From Acidobacteriota bacterium (lineage in GTDB: Bacteria > Acidobacteriota > UBA6911 > RPQK01 > JAJDTT01), in assembly GCA_965263035.1 (NCBI GenBank), contig OZ253580.1, forward strand, positions 2,752,001 through 2,816,000: a DNA stretch of 64,000 nt. Direction: 5' to 3'. Below the pieces are notes generated by a model that worked only from the letters and a program-made list of their open reading frames with translations, ran no database searches and was not told the DNA's origin. The translations under genes were made by a program, and so were the position numbers. This document shows, piece by piece, positions 42,707-52,931 of the stretch (position 1 is the first letter of the stretch; the number at the start of each line of letters is the position of its first letter).

Positions 42707-42784
42707 TCATACGCCCGGACGGTGACGACTCCGGGAAGGCTCCTCTTCCCTCCCTCGTTCTCTTCACGGTAGACTTCGCGCTGG

Positions 42785-43195
42785 ATGAGCGACGAGACCG
42801 CAACCGAGACGCCGGTACTGGACAAGGATCAGTTGGAGCGGCAGAAAAGGGTGGCCGAAGCTCTGGGGGTGCCGGTCTGCAGGCGCCATATCTTTCTCTG
42901 CTGTGACCAGGCCAAGCCCAAGTGTGCTGACCGTCAACGGACCTTGGAGGCTTGGCAATACCTGAAGCGGCGTCTCAAGGAGTTGGGACTCTCGGAGCAG
43001 GGGGGCATCTGCCGCACCAAAGCCGACTGCCTCAGGATCTGCATGGACGGTCCCATGGCCGTGGTCTACCCGGAGGGCGCCTGGTACCGGCGTTGCGACC
43101 CTCCCATTTTGGAACGAATCATTCGGGAACACCTGGTCGGTGGGCGCCTGGTCCGAGAGCATCTCATCATCGAGCATGCCCTGGACCCCGGCTGA
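42785..43195 (+). CDS. Thioredoxin-like [2Fe-2S] ferredoxin
   Basis: [27 protein letters not shown]. Confidence 0.9.
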   Translation: MSDETATETPVLDKDQLERQKRVAEALGVPVCRRHIFLCCDQAKPKCADRQRTLEAWQYLKRRLKELGLSEQGGICRTKADCLRICMDGPMAVVYPEGAWYRRCDPPILERIIREHLVGGRLVREHLIIEHALDPG

Positions 43196-43220
43196 GGCGC
43201 AGAGGAACGGAGTAGAAAGC

Positions 43221-43919
43221 ATGCATCGAGAAGCAGGCCTAGCAGCCCGTGGCAAAAGTCGTCACCGCATCCGGCCGTCCCTGCATCCCGGCGGACTGCG
43301 TTGCGACTCGGTCACATACTCCCGGTATGCTCCCTCATCGCGCCTGGTCCGACGGGCGCAGGACCGGTCTCGGTGCTCGCGGGACTTTCACCACGGACTG
43401 CCACGAAGGACGCCAATGGCGGCGGGCGCTCTGCTTCTCTTTTGGGGCGGCCTGTTGGGCCAGGGGGCCGACTCGTCGACTCCTCACGCAGTAGCGCGGG
43501 ACACGTTGCGAGGACTGACCGGCGTTCACGTGGTGGTGGAGGAACTCCGGCCCGAGGCAGTGAAGGACGGTCTGTCCAAGGATGCCATTGAGGAGAGAGT
43601 GGTCCAGCGGCTCTGGGATGCCGGCATCCAGGTCTTGATGAAGGACCAGTGGACCATCGCCGCGGGTGCGCCTTACCTCTATCTGAACGTCAACGCCGTG
43701 AAGAGCAGTGACCTGTACGTCTACGCCGTGGACCTGCAACTGAATCAGACGGTGAAACTGGAGCGTCTCCCATCCGTCGCCGTGGCTGCCACCACCTGGG
43801 CCACCGGGTGTCGTGTCGGTGCGGTTTCGGCCGACTCGGTCGGGGTTCTGGCCCAAGTGGCCGCCCAGTCCGTGGATCGATTCATCGAGGACTACCGGGC
43901 CGCCAACTCGGCAAAGTGA
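43221..43919 (+). CDS. Hypothetical exported protein, with MITE-A in frame near the N-terminus
   Basis: ATG 43221 reads through the element into MAAGALLLFWGG...LRGL.GV.VVVE..PYLYLNV; alternative start 43416. Confidence 0.6.
   Translation: MHREAGLAARGKSRHRIRPSLHPGGLRCDSVTYSRYAPSSRLVRRAQDRSRCSRDFHHGLPRRTPMAAGALLLFWGGLLGQGADSSTPHAVARDTLRGLTGVHVVVEELRPEAVKDGLSKDAIEERVVQRLWDAGIQVLMKDQWTIAAGAPYLYLNVNAVKSSDLYVYAVDLQLNQTVKLERLPSVAVAATTWATGCRVGAVSADSVGVLAQVAAQSVDRFIEDYRAANSAK
43243..43400 (+). mobile_element. MITE-A copy 8 (158 bp)
   Basis: Same termini; flanks CTAG/CCAC. Confidence 0.88.
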
Positions 43920-43948
43920 CCCCGACGTAACGAGTCTTGCCAGACTGC

Positions 43949-45403
43949 CTACTTTTCGGCGCCGGCCTGTTTCAGCGCCCGGACAGCGGCGACATGGCCC
44001 CGTTGCGCGGCTATCATCATGGCAGTCTGTCCATTCTCGGCCCGCGCGTGCAGCTTGGCGCCGGCCGCCGCCAACGCCTCCACCGTAGCCGGATCATCCT
44101 TGCTGGCGGCGACCATGAGTGCCGTCATCCGACGTTCGGCCCGCTTGTTGACGTCGGCGCCCGCATCCAGAAGTACCTGAACCAGTTCGGCGTACTTCCC
44201 GGCCGCCGCCCACATCAGGGGCGTCTGCCCACTGTTGTCTTTCTCATTCACCTTGGCGCGGCGGGCGATCAGAGCCCTGACCAGGGACGTGCGGCCCGCC
44301 ACGCAGGCCCACATGAGAGGCGTGAGTCCATGCTTGTCCTTGAAATTGACCTCGATGTCCGGTTGGTTGAGCAGGGACAATCCAAGAGGCGTGAAGCCTT
44401 TCTCAATTGCCAGGAGCAAGGCTCGATCCTTCTTCTTGCTCCGGGCGTTGACGTCGGCGCCGGCCGCCAGCAAAGCCTGGGCCGCGACGATGAAGCCCCT
44501 GCGGGCGGACTCCAGAAGGGGGGTATTCTGGTTTCGGTCCGGCACGTTGGGGTCGGCGCCAGCCGCCAACAAGGATTGGACCGAAACCACATCCCCCATT
44601 TCCACCGCCAATAGAAGGGGAGTCCTTCCCCCTTTGTCTTCCTTCCTGAAATCGGCACCTGACTGAATCAGAGTGTGAAGAGTGGCGCCCTCTCCGCTGG
44701 CCGCCGCAATCATCAGCGGAGTCCGTCCTGCGCCGTCCAGAGCGTTGGCGTCGCTGCCGGCCATCAAGAGCACTTGCACCATGGCCGTATCCCCGCGGGA
44801 AGACGCGAGATGAAGAGCGGTCTCCTTCCGGCCGTTGCGGACCTTGACGTCGGCACCTGCTGCCAGCAGAGCTCGCACCGTAGATGCATCGCCGGTCTCG
44901 GCCGCGCCCAGCAAGGGCGTCGTCCGCCGAGGGCCACCGTCGTTCACGTCGGCGCCCGCTGCCAGCAAGGCCTGGACAGTAGATGAGGCCCCACCTTCCG
45001 CGGCCAATTGGAGTGGCCGCTGCTGCTGCCGATCTTCGACCGTCGTGGTCGCCCCCTTGGCTAGAAGCGCCTGGGTGATCGTGGCATCTCCCCGTTCCGC
45101 CGCCACCAACAGCGGGGTCCTGCCACTGCCATCAGGAAGATTCGGATCGGCGCCCCGGAGCAGCAAGGTCCAGATAGCGTTCAGGTCACCTCGGTCCACT
45201 GCTACCAGAAGCAGAGACCGGCCTTGCTCGCCGGGGGAATTGACGTCGGCGACAGCCCCGATTAGTCTCTCGAATGATTCGACGTCGCCGTTCTCGATCG
45301 CCTTGACCAAGGTCTGCCGGTCAGATTCGCGGGGGCTGGCGGCGATGGCGGAGGGGAACGAGAGGAGAGCGATCCAGAAGACCCGCGTGATCATCTTCCA
45401 CAT
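43949..45403 (-). CDS. Secreted ankyrin-repeat protein
   Basis: Signal peptide then about 13 G.TPL..AA..G....V..LL..GADVN repeats. Confidence 0.93.
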   Translation of the reverse strand: MWKMITRVFWIALLSFPSAIAASPRESDRQTLVKAIENGDVESFERLIGAVADVNSPGEQGRSLLLVAVDRGDLNAIWTLLLRGADPNLPDGSGRTPLLVAAERGDATITQALLAKGATTTVEDRQQQRPLQLAAEGGASSTVQALLAAGADVNDGGPRRTTPLLGAAETGDASTVRALLAAGADVKVRNGRKETALHLASSRGDTAMVQVLLMAGSDANALDGAGRTPLMIAAASGEGATLHTLIQSGADFRKEDKGGRTPLLLAVEMGDVVSVQSLLAAGADPNVPDRNQNTPLLESARRGFIVAAQALLAAGADVNARSKKKDRALLLAIEKGFTPLGLSLLNQPDIEVNFKDKHGLTPLMWACVAGRTSLVRALIARRAKVNEKDNSGQTPLMWAAAGKYAELVQVLLDAGADVNKRAERRMTALMVAASKDDPATVEALAAAGAKLHARAENGQTAMMIAAQRGHVAAVRALKQAGAEK

Positions 45404-45583
45404 CTTATCCCGGGATCGCGGCCGCCGGTTCCTGGGGCAGCGGCCTCGCGATCACAGGTTCAAGAATAGCATAGTGTTCGCCCGCGGCCGGGGGAGGACC
45501 GGACAACGGCCGGAACTCCGTCTCGGCCTTGGCTTGAGCCGATCGGGAATTCTTTTGCAAAACACCGTGCCGGGAGAATCGGG

Positions 45584-47141
45584 ATGAAGAGAAGAGATTT
45601 CGTCAAAACTTCCTTGAGTCTGTCCGCCGCCGGCCTGGGTATGGTTGCGGCAACGCCCGGCCAGAGGTTCGAGCCGGCCAGTCGGCCACGGCCCGGAATC
45701 CTGGAACTGGAGGGACGAAAGCAACTCTTTCTGGACGATTGGCTGATCGAGGAGGCGAACCGGATCTCCCGCTTCATGTACCGCCCCCGGAAATATCCGG
45801 GAAATCCCGTTCTGCAGCGGGATCGGCCCTGGGAAATGGGGGATATAGCAGGATATTTCCGCGGAGTTCAAATCTTTGGCCAAAACGTCTTCTATGACGA
45901 TCAGGAACGGATCTTCAAGATGTGGTATCTGCCGTGGGGTTTCCGGGATGGAAGCCGCCTCTGGTGCTATGCCGTCTCTCAAGACGGCTACACCTGGGAG
46001 AAACCTGAACTGGGCAGCTACGACTTCCAGGGATCCAAGCAGAACAACATCATGGCCAATTTTGGGGATCCCAATTATTTCAACGTCATCAAGGACCCCC
46101 ATGATCCCGATCCCCAGCGGCGCTACAAGGCCTTGGGCGAACAGGAGGGTCCCATTCCCAACCACACCGGAGGCGTCGCCGTGGCCTTTTCTCCCGACGG
46201 CCTGCACTGGAATCCCTGGCCCGGGAACCCGGTGATCCGCCACGGACCCAACCTGGGCGACGCTCCCACCATGATGGGCTGGGACCCGATTCGGAAAAAA
46301 CATGTTCTGTATCCCCGGCCCGGCCACCCATTGGCCATGGAGATCCACGGCAACGGCGTCCACCGTCATATCCGCACCATCGGCTATTCCGAGAGTGACG
46401 ATTTCATCCACTGGACTCCCACCCGCATCATGCTGGCGCCGGACCGGCACGACCGGGTCGATTATCAATACATGTGTTTTACCGCCGGTGTGACCGCAGG
46501 CATCTACGTGGGTCTTCTCTGGATGCACGAGACCCACGAGCAGGTGTGGGACATCTTCCTGATGACCAGCCGCGACGGGTTCCATTGGAGCTGGGTGGAT
46601 CGGGCCGTCCCCTTTCTGGGCCGGGGTGAGATCGGGAGCTACGACGCCGGCTACATGTCCCCTTCCGGGCCCATTTTTCACGACGGGAAGATCTGGATCT
46701 ATTACGGCGCCTACAGCGGAGCCCACAGCTACCGTCCGAACAAGCTGGGCTCCGAGAACACCATATCGGTGGCCCTGGCGACGCTACCTGAAGATCGGTG
46801 GCTGGGTCTGCTGGCCGGACCTTTCCAAGGAACGATCCTGACCCGGCCCTTCACCTTTACCGGCTCGAAACTGATGCTGGACATCGATGCGTCGCTGGCC
46901 ATGGAACCTCCCAAGAGCTATCGCAATTTCGACGAATGCGAGGTCCGGGGGGGCGCTGGTGGATCCGTCGGGCGGGAGCATCGAAGGCTTTTCCCTGGAA
47001 CAGTCCATTCCGTTGCTGGAGACCGGCCGTCAAGAGCTGCGGTGGCGCGACAGCCAAGTATCCCGGTTGGAGGGGAAGCCGGTGCGATTGCGGCTGGCCA
47101 TGCGGTCGGCGGCCCTCTACTCTCTCCAGTTCGTCTCATGA
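45584..47141 (+). pseudogene. Tat-exported glycoside-hydrolase-like beta-propeller protein, frameshifted at a G7 run
   Basis: KRRDFVK Tat motif; SxDG..W Asp-box-like repeats; the typical C-terminus (IEGFS..RLR.AMR.A.LYSLQF) is in the +1 frame after 46947-46953. Confidence 0.65.
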
Positions 47142-47216
47142 CGACCGGTCGTAGTAGACTGGGCCCGAGAATCGAACCTGAGGCCGCGTCATATTCTTGA
47201 GGCGGCCCCAACAGGC

Positions 47217-48233
47217 GTGAGGTCGGGCTTGCGGACATCCAGATTCCTCATTACCGGCGGGGCCGGCTTCATCGGCTCCCATGTGGCGGACGTTCTGATC
47301 GCCCGGGGAGACCGGGTCGTCGCCGTGGACAACCTGTCCACGGGACGCCTCTCCAACATCCGGCACCTGCTGGGCCACCCGCGATTCCAGTTCGTTCAGG
47401 CCAGCATCACGGATGAGATCGTGATGGATCGTCTCGCCTCCACCTCCGACGTCATACTCCATTTCGCGGCGGCCGTGGGCGTCCGGCTCATCGTGCAGGA
47501 TCCGGTCCATACCATCGAGACCAACATCATGGGCACCGAGGCCATTCTCAAGGCCGCTCTCCGCTACCGCTGCCGGGTTCTGCTGGCGAGTACTTCCGAG
47601 GTCTACGGCAAGGGGGTGAAGATCCCGTTCAGCGAGGAAGACGATCTGCTGCTGGGGGGAACCCACAAGAGCCGTTGGGCCTACGGCGCCAGCAAGATGA
47701 TCGACGAGTTTCTGGGCTTGGCCTACCAGCGTCAATACGACCTCGACGTCGCCGTCTTCAGGCTCTTCAATACCGTCGGACCGCGGCAACGGGGACGCTA
47801 CGGCATGGTGGTGCCCCGTTTCATCAGGCAGGCTCTTGCCGGAGAGCCCATCACGGTCTACGGGGACGGCTCGCAGACCAGATGCTTCTGCGATGTCAGA
47901 GATGCCGCCGAGGCTCTCATCCTCTTGACCTCGAGTCCCGACTCAACCGGAAGCGTGTTCAATATCGGCAACGATCAGGAGGTTTCCATCAACCAGCTCG
48001 CTCGGCGGGTCAAGGTCTTGACGGAATCCTCTTCACCCATCGTCCACATTTCCTACTCCGATGCCTACGGGAAGGGCTTCGAGGACATGCAGCGCCGTGT
48101 GCCCGATCTTTCCAGAATCCAGGCTCTGGTGGGCTGGAGATCGACCCGGACTCTGGACCAGATCCTGATAGCAGTAAGAGACCATGAGCAGCCCCTTCTG
48201 GACCGCCGCAAAGTCGAACCCGCACCCTCCTGA
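47217..48233 (+). CDS. NAD-dependent nucleotide-sugar epimerase/dehydratase
   Basis: TGGAGFIGSH, STSEVYG, Y..SK, RLFNTVGPRQ. Confidence 0.9.
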   Translation: MRSGLRTSRFLITGGAGFIGSHVADVLIARGDRVVAVDNLSTGRLSNIRHLLGHPRFQFVQASITDEIVMDRLASTSDVILHFAAAVGVRLIVQDPVHTIETNIMGTEAILKAALRYRCRVLLASTSEVYGKGVKIPFSEEDDLLLGGTHKSRWAYGASKMIDEFLGLAYQRQYDLDVAVFRLFNTVGPRQRGRYGMVVPRFIRQALAGEPITVYGDGSQTRCFCDVRDAAEALILLTSSPDSTGSVFNIGNDQEVSINQLARRVKVLTESSSPIVHISYSDAYGKGFEDMQRRVPDLSRIQALVGWRSTRTLDQILIAVRDHEQPLLDRRKVEPAPS

Positions 48234-49350
48234 CAGCCGCTCGCGAGAACCGGTGCCATTGCTGGATCTGAAACAGCAGACCCGCCTGCTGGAACCACGG
48301 ATCACGGCCGCCATTCGCGAAGTCCTGAATTCGGGCGCGTTTATCCTGGGACCGGCCGTCCTGCGGTTGGAGGAAAGGATGGCGCGTTATTGCGAGCGGC
48401 GTTTCGCCGTCGCGGTGGCCTCAGGGACCGACGCCCTGCGGCTGGCCCTGTCGGCTCTCGGCATTGGCCCCGGTGACGAGGTGATCACGACCCCCTTCAG
48501 TTTCGTAGCGACGGCCAGCACCATACTCCGGTGCGGCGCGACCCCGGTGTTTACCGACATAGATCCCGAGAGTTTCAACCTGGATCCGGACCGGATTGAA
48601 TCCGCCATCACCTCCAGAACCCGGGCGATCCTTCCTGTTCACCTCTATGGGCAACCGGCGGAAATGGGTCCGATTCGGGACTTGGCGGCGGCTCGGGGCC
48701 TGAGGGTCATCGAGGACTGCGCACAGGCGGTGGGAGCCCGGTACAGCGGGGCCGCGGTTGGCTCCCTGGGCGATGCCGGTTGTCTCAGTTTCTTTCCCAC
48801 CAAGAATCTGGGGGCTTTCGGCGACAGTGGGATGATCGTCACCGACAACCCCGAGGTCGTCGAGCGACTGACCCTGCTTCGGAATCAGGGAAACCACCGC
48901 CAGCACCGAGCCGACGTTCTTGGGTTCAACAGTCGAATGGACACCCTTCAGGCGGCCATCCTCGAGGTCAAGCTGGCTTCCCTGGAAAAGTGGAATTCCC
49001 AACGGCGAGCCATCGCCCGCCGTTATGACCGATGGCTCGAAGCAGCTCCCGTCACGACTCCGCCGGAATCCCGCCGCGGCCGCCACGTCTACAACGTCTA
49101 TACGCTGCGGGCGCCTCGCCGTGACCAACTTGCCAAGCAATTGGCCAGCCGGGGAATTGGAAACGCCGTCTACTATCCGGTCCCGCTACATCTCCAGAGA
49201 GCCTTCTCCAGCCTGGGGTACACTCCAGACAGCCTGCCGGCGTCCGAGGCAGCAAGCCGCGAGGTCATCTCACTGCCCGTCTTTCCCGAGCTGACGCGAG
49301 AACAGCAGAGGCGCGTCTGCGAAGCCCTATACGAATTCTACCGGGACTGA
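48184..49350 (+). CDS. DegT/DnrJ/EryC1/StrS aminotransferase
   Basis: SGTDAL, PVHLYGQ, EDCAQA, SFFPTKNLG, NSRMD; start may be GTG 48253. Confidence 0.92.
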   Translation: MSSPFWTAAKSNPHPPDSRSREPVPLLDLKQQTRLLEPRITAAIREVLNSGAFILGPAVLRLEERMARYCERRFAVAVASGTDALRLALSALGIGPGDEVITTPFSFVATASTILRCGATPVFTDIDPESFNLDPDRIESAITSRTRAILPVHLYGQPAEMGPIRDLAAARGLRVIEDCAQAVGARYSGAAVGSLGDAGCLSFFPTKNLGAFGDSGMIVTDNPEVVERLTLLRNQGNHRQHRADVLGFNSRMDTLQAAILEVKLASLEKWNSQRRAIARRYDRWLEAAPVTTPPESRRGRHVYNVYTLRAPRRDQLAKQLASRGIGNAVYYPVPLHLQRAFSSLGYTPDSLPASEAASREVISLPVFPELTREQQRRVCEALYEFYRD

Positions 49351-49414
49351 ATTGCCTGTCCCGTGCGGGAAGTCGGCCTTGTGTTCGATCGAGCCTCTAC
49401 CGAGGCGGCCATAT

Positions 49415-49574
49415 CAGCCCGTGGCAAAAGTCGTCACGGCATTCGACCGGCCCTGCATCGTGCGCGGACTGCGTTGCGACTCGGTCACATACTCCCGGTA
49501 GGCTCCCTCCGTAGCGCCTGGTCCGGCGGATGCAGGAACGGTCTCGGTGCTCGCGGGACTTTCACCACGGACTG
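49415..49574 (+). mobile_element. MITE-A copy 9 (160 bp)
   Basis: Perfect ATAT/ATAT duplication; 12 nt beyond the tRNA 3' end. Confidence 0.92.
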
Positions 49575-49586
49575 ATATAGGAAGAG

Positions 49587-49672
49587 TGCCCGGAGTGGGA
49601 CTCGAACCCACACGGAGGTGAACCTCCTCAGGATTTTAAGTCCTGTGCGTCTGCCAATTACGCCATCCGGGC
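49587..49672 (-). tRNA. tRNA-Leu (anticodon TAA), CCA not encoded
   Basis: GCCCGGA acceptor, TGGCGTAATTGGCAGACGC D arm, GGACTTAAAATCC anticodon arm, long variable arm, GGTTCGAGTCC T arm. Confidence 0.95.
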
Positions 49673-49734
49673 CCACTGTTCATTCCCGCGGAAACGTGGA
49701 TGCAAAAGCCTCCGAAAGTCAACTGCCACTCGAT

Positions 49735-49882
49735 CAGTCGCCTAAGGCAAGAGGCATCGTGGCATTTGACCGGCGCTGCATCCACGATCTCCGTGCTGGT
49801 CCGAACTTCCGTCCCGGACAACTCGACTCATGTAGATTCTACCATCCCGGTCTCGACTCCTCAGTCCCGACCTGACGGGCTG
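49735..49882 (+). mobile_element. Degenerate MITE-A relic
   Basis: GGCAAGAG..GGCATTTGACCGGCGCTGCATCC matches the left arm, CGGTCTCG...ACGGGCTG matches the right arm; centre diverged. Confidence 0.55.
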
Positions 49883-49969
49883 GTGCCGTCCTTCGCGTTG
49901 GCCCCGGGGAACTCTCCCTGTCCGGGCGCAATGCCGGGGCCTTAACCCAGACTGCTATAATCGGATGCC

Positions 49970-51412
49970 ATGAGTTGCGTCCGGGTCCGATTCGCCCCCA
50001 GCCCGACCGGATTCCTTCACCTCGGTGGGGCTCGGACCGCCCTCTTCAACTGGCTCCTCGCCAGAAAAGAGCAGGGAACCTTCATTTTGCGGATCGAGGA
50101 TACGGACGCCCGGCGATCCAGTCAGGAGATGGCTCGCGAAATCATGGAGAGTCTGCGCTGGCTGGGTCTGGCCTGGGATCAGGGTCCTTACTATCAATCG
50201 GAACGTCTGGATCTGTACCGTGAAACGGTCGGAAGAGCCTTCCATGGCGACCATGCCTACGCCTGCTTCTGCCCCCCGGAAGCAATTCAGGCTCATTCGC
50301 TCGAGGCCCGTTCGGCAGGCCGGATCTGGAGGGACCATGGATGCCGGAATCGTTCCTCCCACCGAGCCAAGTCGCGGATCGCGGCGGGAGAATCCCACAC
50401 CCTCCGCTTCCGGGTTCCGGGGCGCCGCCGGATCATCTTCCAGGATCAAGTCTACGGAAAGGTATCGCTCACCACCGAGAACGTCGAGGACTTCACGCTC
50501 CTCCGATCCGACGGAAGCCCCACTTACCACCTCAGCGTGGTGACCGACGATTGGGAGATGGGTATCTCCCACGTGATCCGGGGAGCGGACCATCTATCCA
50601 ATACTCCGAAACAGATCCTGCTGCATGAAGCTCTCGGCAACCAGGCGCCCGTCTATGCCCACCTGCCTCTGATTCTGGGTCCTGACAAGAAACGGCTGAG
50701 CAAGAGAACCGGGGCCGAGTCGGTACTCGAGTATCGGAACCATGGATTCCTTCCCGTGGCGCTTCGCAACTATCTGGCGCTCCTCGGATGGTCTCCGGGC
50801 GACGACCGCGAACTCTTCTCCAACGGTGAGTTGGTGAAGAGCTTTGGTCTGGATCGGGTCAACAAAGCCAATGCTGTCTTCGATCGGCGGAAGTTGGACT
50901 GGATGAACTCCCGCTATCTGGCCAGCTCGAGCAGCCACGATCTGGTCCGGCACCTGCAACCTTTCCTCGAACGCTCCGGATTCCGGCAGGGTCGGGGGAA
51001 TGACGACCAACTGCTCCCGGTCATCACCCTGCTCAAGAGCCGATTGAACCGGCTCTCGGACTTTCCCGAGATGGCGACTCCTTTCCTGGCCGACCATTTT
51101 GATTATGAATCCAAGGCAGTGAAACGCCACTTTTCCCCGGCGGACCCGGAGGAACGTTCTCGACTCCGAAAATGGCTGGAAACCCTGGCCAACGAATATG
51201 ACCAACTTGAGGAGTTCAACCTGGAAAACGTGGAGACGGTGCTCCGGGGAACGGCCAAGGAATCCGGCTTCAAGATCGGAGTCTTCTTTGGGGCCGTGCG
51301 CGTGGCTTTGACGGGACGGACCGCGGCTCCTGGAATCTTCGACGTGATCGTCACACTGGGCCGGAAAAGAGTCGTCGAGCGCCTCAACAGGTGTCTGAAA
51401 CTCCTCCCATGA
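49970..51412 (+). CDS. gltX: Glutamate--tRNA ligase
   Basis: RFAPSPTGFLHLGG, LRIEDTD, HVIRGADH, RLSKR. Confidence 0.96.
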   Translation: MSCVRVRFAPSPTGFLHLGGARTALFNWLLARKEQGTFILRIEDTDARRSSQEMAREIMESLRWLGLAWDQGPYYQSERLDLYRETVGRAFHGDHAYACFCPPEAIQAHSLEARSAGRIWRDHGCRNRSSHRAKSRIAAGESHTLRFRVPGRRRIIFQDQVYGKVSLTTENVEDFTLLRSDGSPTYHLSVVTDDWEMGISHVIRGADHLSNTPKQILLHEALGNQAPVYAHLPLILGPDKKRLSKRTGAESVLEYRNHGFLPVALRNYLALLGWSPGDDRELFSNGELVKSFGLDRVNKANAVFDRRKLDWMNSRYLASSSSHDLVRHLQPFLERSGFRQGRGNDDQLLPVITLLKSRLNRLSDFPEMATPFLADHFDYESKAVKRHFSPADPEERSRLRKWLETLANEYDQLEEFNLENVETVLRGTAKESGFKIGVFFGAVRVALTGRTAAPGIFDVIVTLGRKRVVERLNRCLKLLP

Positions 51413-52200
51413 GGCCCGTCGTCCTCTCTGTCATCATCCCCGCATACAACGAGGAAAATCGGCTGGGAGCCAGCCTCAGGAGGATCATCACCTGCCTGGA
51501 GGGCCGAAGCAGTCCCTTCGAACTGGTGGTCGTAGACGATGGTTCGTCCGATGGTACCGTCCGCACGGCCATTTCGGCGGTGCGGGCCCGAGGGCGGGAA
51601 GAATGTCTCCGGGTCCTGGAGAACGGGACCAACCGGGGCAAAGGCTACAGTGTGCGGCGCGGCATGCTCACCGCCCGCGGGACACACGCTCTCCTCACCG
51701 ACGCCGATCTGAGCACTCCCATCGAGGAGATCGCCAAGCTGGAGCGGGAAATGGCTCGGGGAGGACACCAGATTGCGTTTGGATCGAGAGGCTTGAAGGA
51801 CTCTCAGACCCAGAAGCGTCAGAGCATCTTCCGAGAGACGGCCGGGAAGATCTTCAACCTGGCCATGAGACTCGTGACCGGATTGCCATACCGGGACACG
51901 CAGTGCGGATTCAAGCTGTTCGAACTGGAATCATGCCGGGTCCTTTTCCGGAAACAGCGGCTGAAGAGCTATGCCTTCGACGTGGAAATCCTTTATCTTG
52001 CCCGCAAGGCCGAACTGGCGGCTCGAGAGGTCGGGGTCATCTGGCGTCACCACTCCGACAGCAAGATCCATCTCCTCAGAGACGGCGTCGGACTCTTGCA
52101 AGGTCTGATCTCCATCCGTTGGAACGATCTGCTCGGCCGCTACGATGAGGATGAACGAAACAGAAACTTACGACCGACAACCGAGGGGAACGACTCATGA
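51409..52200 (+). CDS. Family 2 glycosyltransferase (dolichyl/polyprenyl-phosphate glucosyltransferase-like)
   Basis: [37 protein letters not shown]. Confidence 0.9.
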   Translation: MRPVVLSVIIPAYNEENRLGASLRRIITCLEGRSSPFELVVVDDGSSDGTVRTAISAVRARGREECLRVLENGTNRGKGYSVRRGMLTARGTHALLTDADLSTPIEEIAKLEREMARGGHQIAFGSRGLKDSQTQKRQSIFRETAGKIFNLAMRLVTGLPYRDTQCGFKLFELESCRVLFRKQRLKSYAFDVEILYLARKAELAAREVGVIWRHHSDSKIHLLRDGVGLLQGLISIRWNDLLGRYDEDERNRNLRPTTEGNDS

Positions 52201-52931
52201 CCAGACTGGGTGTGAATGTGGACCACGTGGCCACGGTTCGGCAGGCTCGCCGGGCCCCCGAGCCGGATCCGGTGACCGCAGCGCTGCTGGCCGAGCTGGC
52301 AGGCGCCGACGGCATCACCGTACACTTGCGCGGAGACCGGCGCCATATTCGAGAGCGGGACGTGCGGCTGCTGCGGAAGGTCGTCACCACCCGGCTCAAC
52401 CTGGAAATGGCCGTCACCGAAGAGATGATGGAAATCGCGACCCGGCTCCGTCCCAATACCGCCAGCCTGGTGCCGGAAACCGATGAAGAGGTCACTACCG
52501 AAGGAGGATTGGATGTCACGGCGCGGGCCGAATCGATCCGCTCCGCGATCCGTACCCTGGAAACAGCAGGGTTGGAGGTCTCCCTGTTCATCGATCCCGA
52601 TCTGGAGCAGTTGGACGCCGCTTCCCGGATTGGCGCGCGCGTGGTGGAACTCAACACGGCGGCCTATGCCGACGCCGTACCCAAGGGTTTGTCGGAACAC
52701 GAACCGGAATTCGGGCGGGAGCTGGACAAGATCGTGGAAGCCACGGAATTTGCCGCCTCCCGGGGCATTCGGGTCTTGGCGGGTCACGGACTAACCTATC
52801 GGAACGTGCGACCCGTATCGCGAATCCCTCAAATCGAAGAGCTCAACATCGGACACAACATCGTGGCTCGAGCCACTCTGGTGGGCATGGAGCGCGCCGT
52901 CAGAGAGATGTTGCGCGCCATGAACGAATGA
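52197..52931 (+). CDS. pdxJ: Pyridoxine 5'-phosphate synthase
   Basis: [41 protein letters not shown]. Confidence 0.96.
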   Translation: MTRLGVNVDHVATVRQARRAPEPDPVTAALLAELAGADGITVHLRGDRRHIRERDVRLLRKVVTTRLNLEMAVTEEMMEIATRLRPNTASLVPETDEEVTTEGGLDVTARAESIRSAIRTLETAGLEVSLFIDPDLEQLDAASRIGARVVELNTAAYADAVPKGLSEHEPEFGRELDKIVEATEFAASRGIRVLAGHGLTYRNVRPVSRIPQIEELNIGHNIVARATLVGMERAVREMLRAMNE

